A stretch of 64,000 nucleotides of DNA, from positions 9,712,784 through 9,776,783 of the forward strand of contig CM121341.1 in NCBI GenBank assembly GCA_051530055.1, in the 5' to 3' direction. Source of the DNA: Neoechinorhynchus agilis. Taxonomy: Eukaryota; Animalia; Acanthocephala. A model generated the notes under the pieces. It did no database searches and was not told the origin of the DNA. It saw only the letters and a list, made by a program, of their open reading frames with translations. Both the position numbers and the translations under genes were made by a program. How positions within the stretch are numbered: position 1 is the first letter of the stretch; each line of letters begins with the position of its first letter. Positions 25,153-37,296 of this stretch are shown here, piece by piece.

Positions 25153-28100
25153 CGTTTATTGAATACAAAGAAAGGTTTAGGAGGACCCATGTACCTTTGA
25201 GTCCTCATCCGTTAATATGGATATATGCAGTCGAGGGATGTCCGTTCGGGAGGTAAAGTCTGCTCAGAGGGATGTCTATTCGGGTGGTAACTATCCAGCC
25301 GTGGACGGTTCGTTGGGGTGAGGATGTTTCCGTTCGATGAAGCGCTTGTAAGGTTGGTCTTTCCTCAGAACGATTTCAGGTTATGATATCCGAGAAGATT
25401 GGGCAGCATGGAAAAATGAACGTAAATATATGGAGGCGCGAGGTATAGGATCGTGAAACGAGTTAGGATTACGAGTGTTGTGTTCGTGTGAAAAGGGAGC
25501 GATCTGTGGAAGAAATTGTGGGATTAGGGTTGAGAAGCGTTTTGATTGTTTTATGAAAATAGCATCAAGGTATTCAGTGAGAGGAGGAAAGTCAGTTGTG
25601 CAAATTTTAAATGCTCTTTTGTGAAGAATTTCAAGGCGGTAGATTAGGGATTTGGAAAGATTGCAAAATACGGGGTTACCGTAGGTGAGGGATGGTAAGA
25701 TAAAACCGAATTAAAATTTGAAGAGGTCGGGTGAAGGGATTCCTTAATGTCCGAAGCTTTTGAGGAGATAAATTTTAAGTGTTGTGCTTGATAGAGTGAT
25801 GTGCGAGTCCCATTTCAAATTTGATTGAAATTCGATAACCAGAATTCTTATGGAAGTTACTCGTAGGATGTCATTTAAAAGCTCAGGGGATGATGTGGGG
25901 TTGCGGGCGAGAGGGGATCATTTCGAAGCATTTAGAGAAATTCAGGTGGGGATTGTGATTGGTGCAGAAATCTTTTATGTGTGTGATTTCTTTAGGGGTT
26001 AAAGAAAGGGAGAGGCGGAGTGGTGAATGGGTGATGAAGGTGATATCGTCGGCGTATAAGAAAAAGTTTAGAGTGAGAGGAGAGAGGTTTGAGGTTGTTT
26101 AGAAAAATATTAAAGATAAGTGGTGACAGAACAGCACCTTGATGTACGCCTTTGGTGAAGGATGGGCTGATAGAGGAGGTAGAACGGCAGTGAATGTATT
26201 ATTTGCGATTGTGAAGATAAGATTCGAGCCCATGGATCTGCCACATGTTGAGACCAAAATCGGAGCAGGCCGGAGGAGTGAATGGTCCACTGAGTCGGTT
26301 GTAGAAAATCCGGGTCGGAAGCCAAATTACTTTCCGCGGAGTAGTGAAAGAAGGCGAGACTTGAAACATTTTTTGATAATTTTTGAAAGGGCGGGTAGAA
26401 TGGAAATTGGAAGGAATGATTCGGCCGAAATAGGATGCCCTTTTTTGGAACGAGTAAAACTTTGGCAGTTTTCAGGCAATAGGGGTAGATGCCATATAAA
26501 AAGCTGAGGTTTATAATGTGGGTAAGAGGGTCGAGAAGTTCGGGGATGATGCATCGAAGAGCCCAGTTTGGGGTTTCGGATTGAGAGAACGAATTTGTAG
26601 GTAATTTCATGAGATATTTTAGTACTTCGTGTGACGAAACTGAGGGGAGTATCGGCGAGTTGACCAAAGCTTCAGATGTCGGCCTTAAATTTAGTGTGGA
26701 TACTGATGTTGATTATTGATTGTAAATTGAGTTAGGGCAGAGGTTCTGATTAATAGAATCTAGAACCTTTTTTAATTCAGTGAAGGACAAATTAGGGAAG
26801 GGATCCGGGTGGCGTAGACCAAGAGAGTCCTTGACAGCCCGCCACCATGTTGAGTTGCCACCTTATCGAATTTTTAGAGAAAAGGAAGTTTTTGCGGGCG
26901 ATAAGTATTTTGTTTGCAATAGGCCTTAGAAGCTTGCCTTTTTAGAAGTTTCAGAATGGGGTTATCTATGGAGGGTCGCGGTTGGAGATCCTAATGAATT
27001 TCTTGGAAATTGCTGACGCTAGGGAATTTTTTATGATTGAGGTCAGAGAGGACATGGCCAAGAAAGGGTCGTTTGTGTTGTCAGAGTGGGGCGTGCGAAT
27101 GTTAGAGTTGAATATTGTTATAAAATTATGGATGTGACGATCACGTTTATCCCAGACGGGTAAACGGGGAGATTTCATTTGCAGAGGTGGGGTGGAGGGA
27201 GTGATAAGGACAGAGGAATGGTCCGAGTTCGCGAGGAGGAGTTTATTAGCGGATGAGTATCGCCGATATTTGTGAACACTTTGCCAAGGTGAGCGTCAAG
27301 ACAAGTTGGGAATTCAATAATTTGACGCAACTCGGAGAAGGGTAGAAGAGGAAATAGATTATTGAAGTCCCCTGCAATTAAGAAATGGTGCGAATTTGTG
27401 GAGTTTATGAGCTCCATCATAGAGTCAATTTGAAGGAAAGAGGACTCAGGTTGAGAGGCTGGAGGGCGATAGACGCCAGCAACGGTGAATTCTCTAAGGC
27501 CGTTTTTCAGAGGAGCTATGAAATGGACTGCTATGAATTCTAAATGGGAGTTTTGAACAGGGCCTGTGAGAGATAAAGAGTAAGGTAGCTATTGTTGTAC
27601 GTAAATTGAGACCCCCTCCTGGGCTTTCATCGCGGTATGTATGGAAGGGGGAGTACCCGGGACGGATGGCTGAATCGCTGTTGAAGGGGGTAAGCCACGT
27701 TTCTATTAAGATGACTACGTCGGCTTTTGAGGTAGGTGAAATTAGTGAAATTTCATCTACTTCTCCACTCATGCTCATCTCCCACTGATAGAGCTCCCGA
27801 TCACATCTGTTGGCACGAGGCTGGATGACCAAGCCATCACCGTCGCGGTGGGACTTCGGTTGGGCATCGAGTTCTTAGGCTCATATACATGTCGATGCGG
27901 TGGGACAGTGAATTGGTCGGAAACTCACGGTCTTGACTGCAAGCGTTCAAATGCTCGCCACGCGTGACACTCAGCAGTCAACCGGATAATCAAGGAAGCC
28001 CTCTCAGCGGCCGGTTTTCCCGCTCGATTTGAACCAGTCGGACTCTCCCGGAACGACGGTAAACGCCCTGATGGAGCGACTCTCCTCCCATGGTGCTCCG

Positions 28101-29570
28101 GGAAAATACTGGTTTGGGATTTTACCTGCCGGGATGCCACCTCAAAATCGGGAGTAGTCGCCGGTTTCAGCGAGGAAAAGAAGCGGCATAAGTACTCCTC
28201 GCTCGATGAGCATCAATATATGTTCATCCCGATTGCGGTGGACACACTGGGATGCCTCGGAAAAGAAGGCTATTATTTCCTCTCCCGACTAAGAAAATGC
28301 TAAAACATGCCGCCGGCGATGTGCGCTCCAGCAGCTTCCTGCGGCAGCGAATCAACGCTGCGATCCAACGCGGCAATGCCGCGGCCATCAAGGAAGCTGC
28401 CGAACAATCATAACGTTTGGCTAATGCGGATTTTCTCTTTCGAATGAAGTTTTAGGAAAGAAATGATCGTTTAGGAAGGAGGCTACGAGTATTGGGGTAA
28501 AAAACGGTGGGAAAGGGAATTTTGGATTTTGGTAAATCGGGGCGGGAATGAGGGAGATTGAGGTTGCGTTGCTCGTCGCGGGTGGTGGATTAAGGGAGGA
28601 ATCGTTACAAGTTGCTGATAAAGAACGGTTAATTATCCCAAAGAGAGAAGTCGGGGAGCGAATCGAAAATTTGAGTTGTGACGAGTGATTGACAAGGATA
28701 GAAATGAGTTTAGAGTTGAGATCTTGTATGGATCAGCTACGTCTGGATGGACCGATTTGTACTGATTTTGAGTAGGGGTAGAGAGATAATTATTTACTTG
28801 ATTCGGGAAAAAGAGTATTTAACGTAGAACGGCTGGGAGATTGACCTTTCTTGCTAATCGGGCGCCGGTGGAGTTGCACGTAATCAAAGAAACTGGGAAA
28901 TCGCTTATTTTTCGATTTTTGGGACAAGGGAGATGTTCTCGGTTTTTTGCTGAGAGTGGCGGGTTACATTGGGAAGATGAGTTCTGGGTTGAGTTTGGAG
29001 GGCATGTGGAAAGATTTAGTGATGAGTTCTTATGTGGATAGATACGAACAGAAAGTTGTGAAATGAGGAGTCTGTGTCTCCTGTTAAGAAAGAGGGAGGC
29101 TACGAGTGGTGAAATAAAAGTTACTATGAGGAGACGTGGTCTCGAGCTAAAGGGATTTTTGGATGGAATGTGCATGACTGTTGATGGGGAGGAATAGTAC
29201 AGTGAATGTCGGGGAAAAGGAGTTGACCGATTCGAAGGATTTGGTGGCGGTTGTGTGCATCAGTGGCGACAGGATCTGTAACAGGGGCTTCCGGCGTACC
29301 AGAAATAAATATGGTGCGATTTCTATCCTCGATGGAGGAGTGCATGATGCAATGGGTCGAATTCAGAGCAACGAGGGATATCATTACCGAAATGAATCGA
29401 AGGGTTGATTGATTTCGATGGATTTCCTCCTTTTGCTCTTGTTTCTACTCGTTCAGGTGTTATTTCGACCTTTTGTTCGACCGTAGCTTTCATAGTAATT
29501 ACTTCAGCTGGATCGTGTTCGTTTTTCCTATCGTTACCTTTTATCCCAGTCACAATATCATACTCCACAG
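25153..29570 (-). mobile_element. Near full-length decayed CR1/L2-like LINE (ORF1, APE, RT, 3' UTR)
   Basis: ORF1 pieces (EDRNRTIFISGTPE; RPRLLIVTF), APE (ILIETWL, RDESPGGG, IAGDFNN), RT (LTHIINLSF, PISILPALSKI, GVHQGAVLSP, LYADD), 3' stem-loop and tail at 25153-25206. Confidence 0.88.
27790..28412 (+). mobile_element. CRE-like RLE fragment nested in the CR1/L2 element
   Basis: Manual translation: VGTRLDDQAITVAVGLRLG..CRCG..HGLDC..RH..GKRPDG..WDFTC..IQRGNAAAI; contains a stop and frameshifts. Confidence 0.85.
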
Positions 29571-29605
29571 TAATATTGGAATCGTGTTGAAAGGATGATT
29601 CATTG

Positions 29606-29781
29606 TTATTTGTCGGTAGGAGAAAATAAATGAAATTAAGATTTTATTGGATATTTCGATCTACTATCTCGGATCTTCTTCAGCGATTGTTAAAGTGTAA
29701 TCGCTGAAGAAGATCCGAGATAGTGGATCGAAATATCCAATCAAATCTTATTTTCATTAATTTTCTCCTATCGACAAATAA
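29606..29781. repeat. Inverted repeat (~83-bp arms, 10-nt loop), probable inverted Penelope pLTR
   Basis: TTATTTGTCGGTAGGAGAAAA..CAGCGATT / AATCGCTG..TTTTCTCCTATCGACAAATAA; directly upstream of PLE RT. Confidence 0.9.
29699..29741 (+). ncRNA. Minimal type I hammerhead ribozyme-like motif (mirror copy on - strand at ~29646-29688)
   Basis: CTGAAGA-A-[GATCC gagatagt GGATC]-GAA-ATAT-C; helix I imperfect (ATCG/CAAT). Confidence 0.6.
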
Positions 29782-29799
29782 TATTGGAATCATAAGGTA

Positions 29800-30700
29800 C
29801 TACAAGCTGAATATCCTCTAAATGTGGTACTAAGTCCCTAGTAAAGTCGAAATGTTCTCAGTCTTTAGAACACCGTTCTAAGTATGTTTCAAGCCTACCG
29901 GGTGTGAAATTCTGGCAGAGATACGTTGATGACACTTTTATCTTAATAGACAAGTCCATAAAGACGGAAAAGTTTTCTCACGTGCTGAATTTCAAGCACA
30001 ACAACATCCAATAGCCACCGTCGACTTGGAGAATCATAATGTGATCTCTTTTTTGGAAGTATCGATAACGCTAAAATAAGCTGAGTTTGAGACCACTGTA
30101 TATGCAAAGATTGGTGTACCGGCTGACATTGCCCTCATTCATTGTAATGGCACCAATTAAATATAAAATAACTAGATTAGAGTCACTATTTAATCGCGCC
30201 TATAACTATTGCTACAACCAAGACTCGGCGAGGAACTTGAATTTCTTTGGGACATGCTCAAACAAAAGGTCTATCCAATCTACATGATAAGAAGATATAG
30301 TTGAAAGAGCCTTCTATGCAAAGAAAACTGTGCTAGAAGTCAAAACAAAGCCTTCAATGGTTCACCATTCGTCGACGAGGAGTTATTTACTACAATTAAC
30401 AACCTGATCAGAGGAGCTGCATCCAAAGACATGGAAGGTTGTATCTACACCGAGAAAGTCAAATCATTCAGCTCCATAGTAAAGAAACGTGAGGAACATG
30501 AAAGCAACGCAGTGGTATACAGAATTACCTACACTGAATGCAGTAAATCCTACGTAGGCTAAACAATTTGGAAAGGAGAACAAAAGAAGACAAATATGCT
30601 CTGAGGAGAGATACTGATGCCAGTTTCGCGATACTTAACCATTTTGAACAACAATGCACCATTTCGCCAAGAAGTGAATCCAAATGTGATCGCGCGTTAT
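29800..30700 (+). mobile_element. Decayed Penelope-like element (RT + GIY-YIG)
   Basis: WQRYVDDTF (~29912), ISFLEV, TTVY, LFNRAYNYC, KVYP, VVYRI..CSKSYVG. Confidence 0.85.
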
Positions 30701-32136
30701 AATGGAGGCCGTATTTATCCGCCAAGTTTAACGGAAACGGGTGGAGAAAAAGGCGCGAGATTGTGCCAAAATATGGGGTTTAATAAATTGCGCCATAAAC
30801 AAGCCTGAATAGTTCAATCCTCATAAACGCTACAAATTTCATCACTTTTGTGTGCTGTTCTCTTCTTGGCATAAGGGTAAAAGAAAATATTTTACGGTTG
30901 ATATTATCGTTGTGATTGCCACACTAAATAAAAGGGTGTATTATATATTTAAAAAATAATTCCCCTTATCTTATATAGATTCTCGTTTGAACTGGAAATG
31001 GCGATTTTTTGCTAAGATTTATTCCCAGGAATCTTTCCTTTAATTTTCAAGTTTCATTTGTCGTGGCTTCTTCGCGGGACCAATCAGAGGCACAATAAAA
31101 AATTAAATCAGTGAATAGTTTCCGCCATTAACGAAAAAGGATTTTGCTCTCGTACGTTAAATTAATGTACGTTGAGATCGCTCTTCGCCATTTTAAGTTA
31201 AAAGTGCCAACCTTCACGAATCAATGCTGTACATTTTGTTAGCTTTACCTTGTCTTACAATATAACACCGTCCATAAAATTGTAATTGAGCGCTTCCTTC
31301 GCCTCCTTTTCTTCGTATTGGATCTCCCTAAGAGGTTATCACACCGATTTAGATAAATCGATAACTTCAGCAGTTTAAAATATGCGATAATCGATCGCTC
31401 TTAAGTTTTTACAGGTGAGACATCAAGAATCTGTACTTTACGCACAGTATTATAGCCGGAACTTTCCTTCATTTAAGAGAAAGCAGATTGTTGTATTTAA
31501 TTTAAAGTATTTGCGTTCCTTTCCAGCCCTTCGCTACGATTTTCATACTTTTTTATTTGTTCAACATTTTAGCTCTCGCTGCACTGTTCAATAATACGCT
31601 CGACCGAATTCTATTCATTATAAAGTTTAATTTTTAAATGCCTTGATAGCACCCTGAAGTAGTCATTGTTATAAATTAGATCAATCGACTTAGCATCCTA
31701 TGTTTCTCAGAATTCTAAGTGAAAACGTTTCGTTACTGAAAATACATTCTAAACTCAACCGAGTCAAACTTATGGTACTCAGACGTTTGTGATTTGTGTG
31801 GAAGGTTCTCTGTTTATAACAAGACTGTATTTAGTGCAGAAGTTTAATCATAAATGAATTTAGTTGTTCATAGATTAACCTTATCCGTCATATTCCGTAA
31901 CACCGAGTGGCCGCTTAACTCCTTTTTTCCACCTATGCGGCTATATTTGAATTAATGTGATTTTCAAGTACAAAAAGGAGGATAACATGTCGCATTGTAG
32001 TTTAGATTGCGAATAAAAGATACAATGCACTGCTACATTAGAATCAAGCATACATTTTCACACCTAAAAAATATAAAAACACAAACTTCAAGCGCACACA
32101 CAAACATTAGGGATTTAAAAACCTAGAAATGATCCA

Positions 32137-33369
32137 TCAGAGGAAATCTCTGCCTTCCTGTAGATTCATTACATACTCTACCATTCTCCTTTGTTCCTCT
32201 TCAGTTTCCAAATTTATCAATTTTCTCATTTCACTTTCAGCCTCTGTGCCGCCGTTACACCAAGCCTCAGTGATCCGCCGTTCGCTTTTCGAGACCGGAT
32301 ATCCGTCAAGAAACCGAAGATTTTTCTAAATACAAATAACCTCGGAATTGGCGAAAGCATTTAAAATCTAACAATATCGGAAATTAATCGGCGTCTATAG
32401 TCAACCATTCGGTTTCGGCATTCGTTTCCCATTAAATTCACGACACGCAAATCGTCTATCTCATTCAAGTACTTTAGCTCTTGCTCGTCACAAATGTTAT
32501 TGTAAGAAAGATCCACAGAATTAAGCTTGGACAAGTCTTGCAACGAAAATAATCCACTTGATACGCGATTATGTGATGCATCGAGAGATTCCAAATCTTT
32601 CAGGTTCTCTAACGTTTTTTAGAAATTACAAATTGTTTAACGTTTCACGGTTACTCACCTACACCTCGCAAGTCAGTAAGAAAATTATGAGCTATGCTTA
32701 AAATGCTTAAATTTATACAACATTCGATTCCGTCTAAGGATGAGATGCAATTATTTTGCAAAAATAGACATTTTAGATTAATAAGGGATGAGAGATTCTC
32801 AATTCGCGATATGGCGTTATTGTTTAACCAAATCGTGGTGAGGCCCGTATATTCCTCCAAATTTTCTATCCGGCGGAATCCTACAAAGTATTTGATAAAA
32901 GTGCCACTTTAATAGAATTACCTTTGTAATGAAGATAAATAACGCGATTGAGCTCTGGAGTTGAATAAAGACCGTTTTCCTTGCAGCTTTGCCTCAGGAC
33001 TTCTCTCGTGATCTCCGGCGGTTTGTATAAGTCTTCGTTTGGGCTTTCAACAGATGGAACGTCTTCGACCATCAAATTCACGCTTTGAATGCTAAAATCG
33101 TCAATCGAATTGTTGCATTCCTCAATAGGTTTTTGTTGTTGATACAAATCTTCAAGACTAAGCATCGACCGATTAGAATCCTTCTCTTCATGACCAAAAC
33201 GCTTCATTAATCTCTTAAAATAAATCCTATTTCTCACATCTTCATCCTGCATCAAACACATTGATGATTTTTTGGAACAACACGTTTCGTCCACGAGCTC
33301 AACTAACTCACAAATTATTTGTTCAACTGTTTCAACAACGTTGCACTGCTCAATCTCCATAATGAACAA
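32137..33369 (-). CDS. DNAAF1: Dynein axonemal assembly factor 1 (LRRC50/ODA7), 4 exons
   Basis: CKENGLYSTPELN..YLHYKG|FRRIENLEEYTGL, LRRs, LRVVNLMGN..YRRR, NLRFLDGYPV..ER..EAW..GG; GT-AG introns ~41-50 nt restore the frame. Confidence 0.9.
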
Positions 33370-33559
33370 CCGAATATTTTCGTTTTATAACCAACAAGTT
33401 GCTTGGCAACGTCAAAAATATTGTCAATCAAAGATTAGCGTTCGCATCGAGATTCAATTTCTTATTGGAAATTGTTTTGTGAGTTAGTTAACCTCGTCCA
33501 AAGAATCATCAATGTGTTTGATGCAAGAAAACATATTTTATTGAAAGATACGGGATCTT

Positions 33560-35340
33560 CAACTTTGCCATCACCCTGATACCAACTCACCGAAGATTGG
33601 AATGAAGTATGATGGTGATGATATTAGATTGCTTTTGATCCTGGATGTATTCTGGGATAACAAGATAAAGGTTGCGGTCACTATCAACCGTTGTGAGTGG
33701 GAAATGGTACTATGTACAGGAGCGGCAGTAACGGCGTTGAATAACGAACGGTGGATAAAATGAGGATGTCCAAAATTCGAGACGTCACCGAACCTAGTAA
33801 TATATGGAGGGGAACATTTGGATACTCTGGGTAAGGCTCAGTTTGAAGTCGAATACATGGGAAGAAGATCTAAGTTATGGGCTGTGATTGTTCGAGGGGC
33901 GAAAACATTATTATGCGGGTTACCTTGGACCCAAACACTGCAGATACAGATTACAGAAGATATATATCGGTCCCACAATTGGACAATTTAATTATGAAAG
34001 TATGGACGATTCTATAAGACAATACTGAGATATATTCTCAACCAATAAGAATGGTGGTATTAAGGGTTTCAAGGTAAACCTAAGGATTGATGAAAATGCG
34101 ACACCAAAGTTGTATTCGATTAGGAGAGTACCATTTGCTGTGATCGAACAGGTTTCGCAAAACTGATGCAACTTCTGTGCCAATTTCAAAGTTATTCTCA
34201 ATCCGGTGTTAAACAGAACTCTCACCTGATTCCGACAATCAACGAAATGCTGGGAAAGATAGCGCAGGGGAAAATTTATTCGAAACTGGACCTCAAAGCA
34301 GTCTATACACAACTCGAGATGAGTGAAGAATCAAAACGGTTGCTCAACATTTCTACGCCTGAGGGATATTATCGTTATCGAAGAATGCCTTTCGGTTTAA
34401 TATCTGCTCCATTTATTTTCCAACGTTTCATGGGTGAAAATTTGAATATTGACAATATCGGTATTTATCTCAATGACATCATAGTATTTGGTATAGACGA
34501 ACAAACTCACCTGAGGACACTCGAAGAAGTATTGAAAAGGTTGCGAAGTGCGGGATTAGTCCTTAGAAGAGATAAATGTGTATCAACGTAATAGGAATGG
34601 TTCTCAAACAAGGACGTCTTCCCATCACAGGAAAAGATTGAAGCGATACTCGAATGTGCCAACCTGAAAAATGCTAAAGAATTAAAAACATTTTTGGGCA
34701 CAGTTGGGTATCACGAGAGGCATTAATGGTAAAAGTCCGGTCGCTGAAGGTATTCGATCAGAAATCGGAGACGTTATTAACGTGTGATGCGAGCGAAAAT
34801 GGACTGGGGGTCTGTTTAATGCTACAAAGTAATAACGGATTATTTCCGATCGCTTATGGGTATGGAAGGAAATTCATTATTATGACTGATCACAAACCAG
34901 TAACACACATCTTGGGTCAAAAGATAAAATTCGCGAAAGTAAGCAGTAACCGTTTGATACGCTCGGTGTTGTGATTATTGGAATACGATTTTGTGATCCA
35001 AAAAGGAAAAGGGAATAGATATGCGGATATGCTATAGAGATTATCAAAGGATGATGCTATTACGGAAAATCACGAGAGCTCAATTAATGCGTTGACTGAG
35101 AGTTGAGACCAACGAAGGAAATATTGAAAGAAGAAACAAAAACCGACAGTATTTTATCAAAAATCCGCCAATACTTTAAATATGACTGGTCAAACTTTTT
35201 GGGAAAAAGAATTCAACACTTTCCATGGGAAAAGAACTGAATTTTCGTTGGAAGATGGCGTTTTTGTTTTGGTTGGGAAGGATGATTAAACTGACAAGTC
35301 TTATACAGGTGGTCTTAACATGAAATAATTGGGGACCGGA
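33560..35340 (+). mobile_element. Decayed Ty3/Gypsy pol (protease, RT, RNase H remnants)
   Basis: LCTGAAVT (DTG-like), YSKLDLKAVYTQL..TPEGYYRYRRMPFG..SAP.IFQR..YLND, LTCDAS..GLG, TDHKP. Confidence 0.88.
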
Positions 35341-35353
35341 AGGATAAGGGAGC

Positions 35354-35975
35354 TTATGTAAGGAATTTCAGGAGGTGTTCTGGCGGTCTGCCTCTAGAGA
35401 AGAAGACAAGGCCCGAAATGTCCCAAGAATTCCAGACCGATTTGATCGCGTTTAGTCCAAGACATAGACTAAACGCACTTTTGGCTTGGATTCTGGCAAT
35501 CTTCAGCAGTTTCTTGAGCTTAAATATGTCGTGCGTAATACTCAAATGAATACTGAAAGTATACCCCAGAATATCAATCTTATTATAATGGGGGAGGCTA
35601 TCCAGCTTAAAGAAGTCCGAGCAGAATTCTCTGGCTTTGCGTTTCCCTAGCACTGATTTAGATTTTAAAATAAATTTAGTTTTGTTGGGATTGAGCTCGA
35701 GACCCATCCGAGAAAGCTTCTCAGTGAGAAAGGAAAAATAGGCTGGATAATTTCGAGATCGCATCCATATAGTTAAGCTCCTTGATGATGACCGTCAGAT
35801 CTTCTGCATACCAAGTGACAGAAGGGCATATTGAACAGTTCTGGTTGACTCTGTCAAATGCTATCTTGATATCAAAGGAGATTAAGATATTCATAGGTCG
35901 GACACCGTTAGAAAAATTGCTAATTATTTCTCTTATTGCTGTGAGCACAGATTTCCCGAGTAAAAAGCTATGGCA
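35354..35975 (-). mobile_element. LINE RT fragment, same clade as the 15.4-19.6 kb element
   Basis: HSFLLGKS, SFDIKIAFDRV, WYAEDL, GLELNPNKT, ILGY; ends FFSRGRPP like FFGRGRPP in the 15445-16821 ORF. Confidence 0.82.
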
Positions 35976-37296
35976 GCGGTTATCGATGCATGGTGGTGCT
36001 CATCAGGCTTCGGATTCGTATTCTCTTTTAGACACATTCAATGCGGGAGATCCTACAAAACCTTTTCATGTGGTTACTCTCGAGTTGGATTCGAGAGAAG
36101 TCTCGGTTGTTAGACTGGATGTTTCGGCCGGCCATGGTGTAGGCGCGTTTCCTTATGATCCTATCGGGTTAAGCATCCTATCTAGAGGCAGTCCTTATGC
36201 TAACGATCTAACTATAGTCCCCCGGCAAAGATGGAGTGATGGAGCTATAGTGTCGACTTGTAATTGTAGCGCATCCCCAACCTTTATGGGTCGCTTCGAC
36301 TTGAAAAGGGTCGATGACGGCGTTAGGATACTCTACGATCAGGATTCGGCGTTCTATTTTCACGCGTTGGTAGAATTGCAGCTTGTACGAGTCGAGGAGT
36401 CGTTTGACTCTTATCGTTTACCAAAGGTGCTCGAATTAAAGGAGTTCTATTATCCCGATTGTCTAGCGGGGTTTTGAGTGGGGCTTAGTGCATTCAATGT
36501 TCTTATGGACCGGTGACAAGCCTCTGTACTCGATTTTCATCTTGACTCTAGACGCGCGTTGGGGAACCCTCCTGATGGTCGGGCAGGTATGACTACCACT
36601 ATATTCGGTTGTATAACCACTATGTGGGGTGAGGTGGCCTCATTTGCGCTAGCCAGAATGATGATGGTTGAGGGGTCTCTCTCTAAGCATGGGCGCAGAA
36701 CAATAGAGTATTGGCATTACCTCACCCACATATTCGATGATCCTTTGAAATTCTCAGGCTTGACTTATGATGCGGGCGGTGCCAGGGTGTCCATGTGTGC
36801 CCCTGAATATTTCAGGTTCACTCTCGATGATGAGGTGTTAGCTCGGAAATTCTTTAACACCAACTTAATTTGGTGCTTAATATCGGTAAATCGGGACTTC
36901 TTGATGCTTAATGAGCGTGAACCGCTACCTAGAACTTTCTAAACTCGTTTCATATGGTACCAGGTCGCAGGAGATGAACGACAGAATTACTCGATGCGCG
37001 GTGTCCCCCTCTGGAGGAATGTGCCTACCGGGTATGATGTCGTTAGCGTGCGTAAGGGTCCTGCATTGGATCTCAAAGCTCATTACGGGATACGCTATCT
37101 CCATGTTGCTGAGAAGGTCAGTTTTGTTGAACGACCTGGCTTTACTAGTCTCATCGGTAGTACTGTGGCATACGGTGAGGAATTGCGGCGGGAAAATTAC
37201 ACACATTTTACCCGACAAGCTCCTCAATCCTCTCACACGGTAAGCGACCGGGTAGAGGAGAAGGGCGAGCCGGTTGGCGAGGATGTCGATGCTTGA
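35976..37296 (+). pseudogene. Putative capsid ORF of an endogenous totivirus-like element (one frame, 3 in-frame stops)
   Basis: ORFs 35782-36477, 36559-36942 and 36994-37296 share one frame, broken by TGA ~36475, TGA ~36517 and TAA ~36940; capsid identity inferred only from position upstream of the RdRp-like ORF. Confidence 0.55.

Noticed and set aside
31250-31340. Minus-strand GDPIRRKG resembling ribosomal protein S21
   Set aside because: Only a few residues match and no N-terminal exon (VDLY.PRKC) was found.
37190-37196. GGGAAAA slippery heptamer
   Set aside because: Out of phase with ORF1 codons (CGG GAA AAT).
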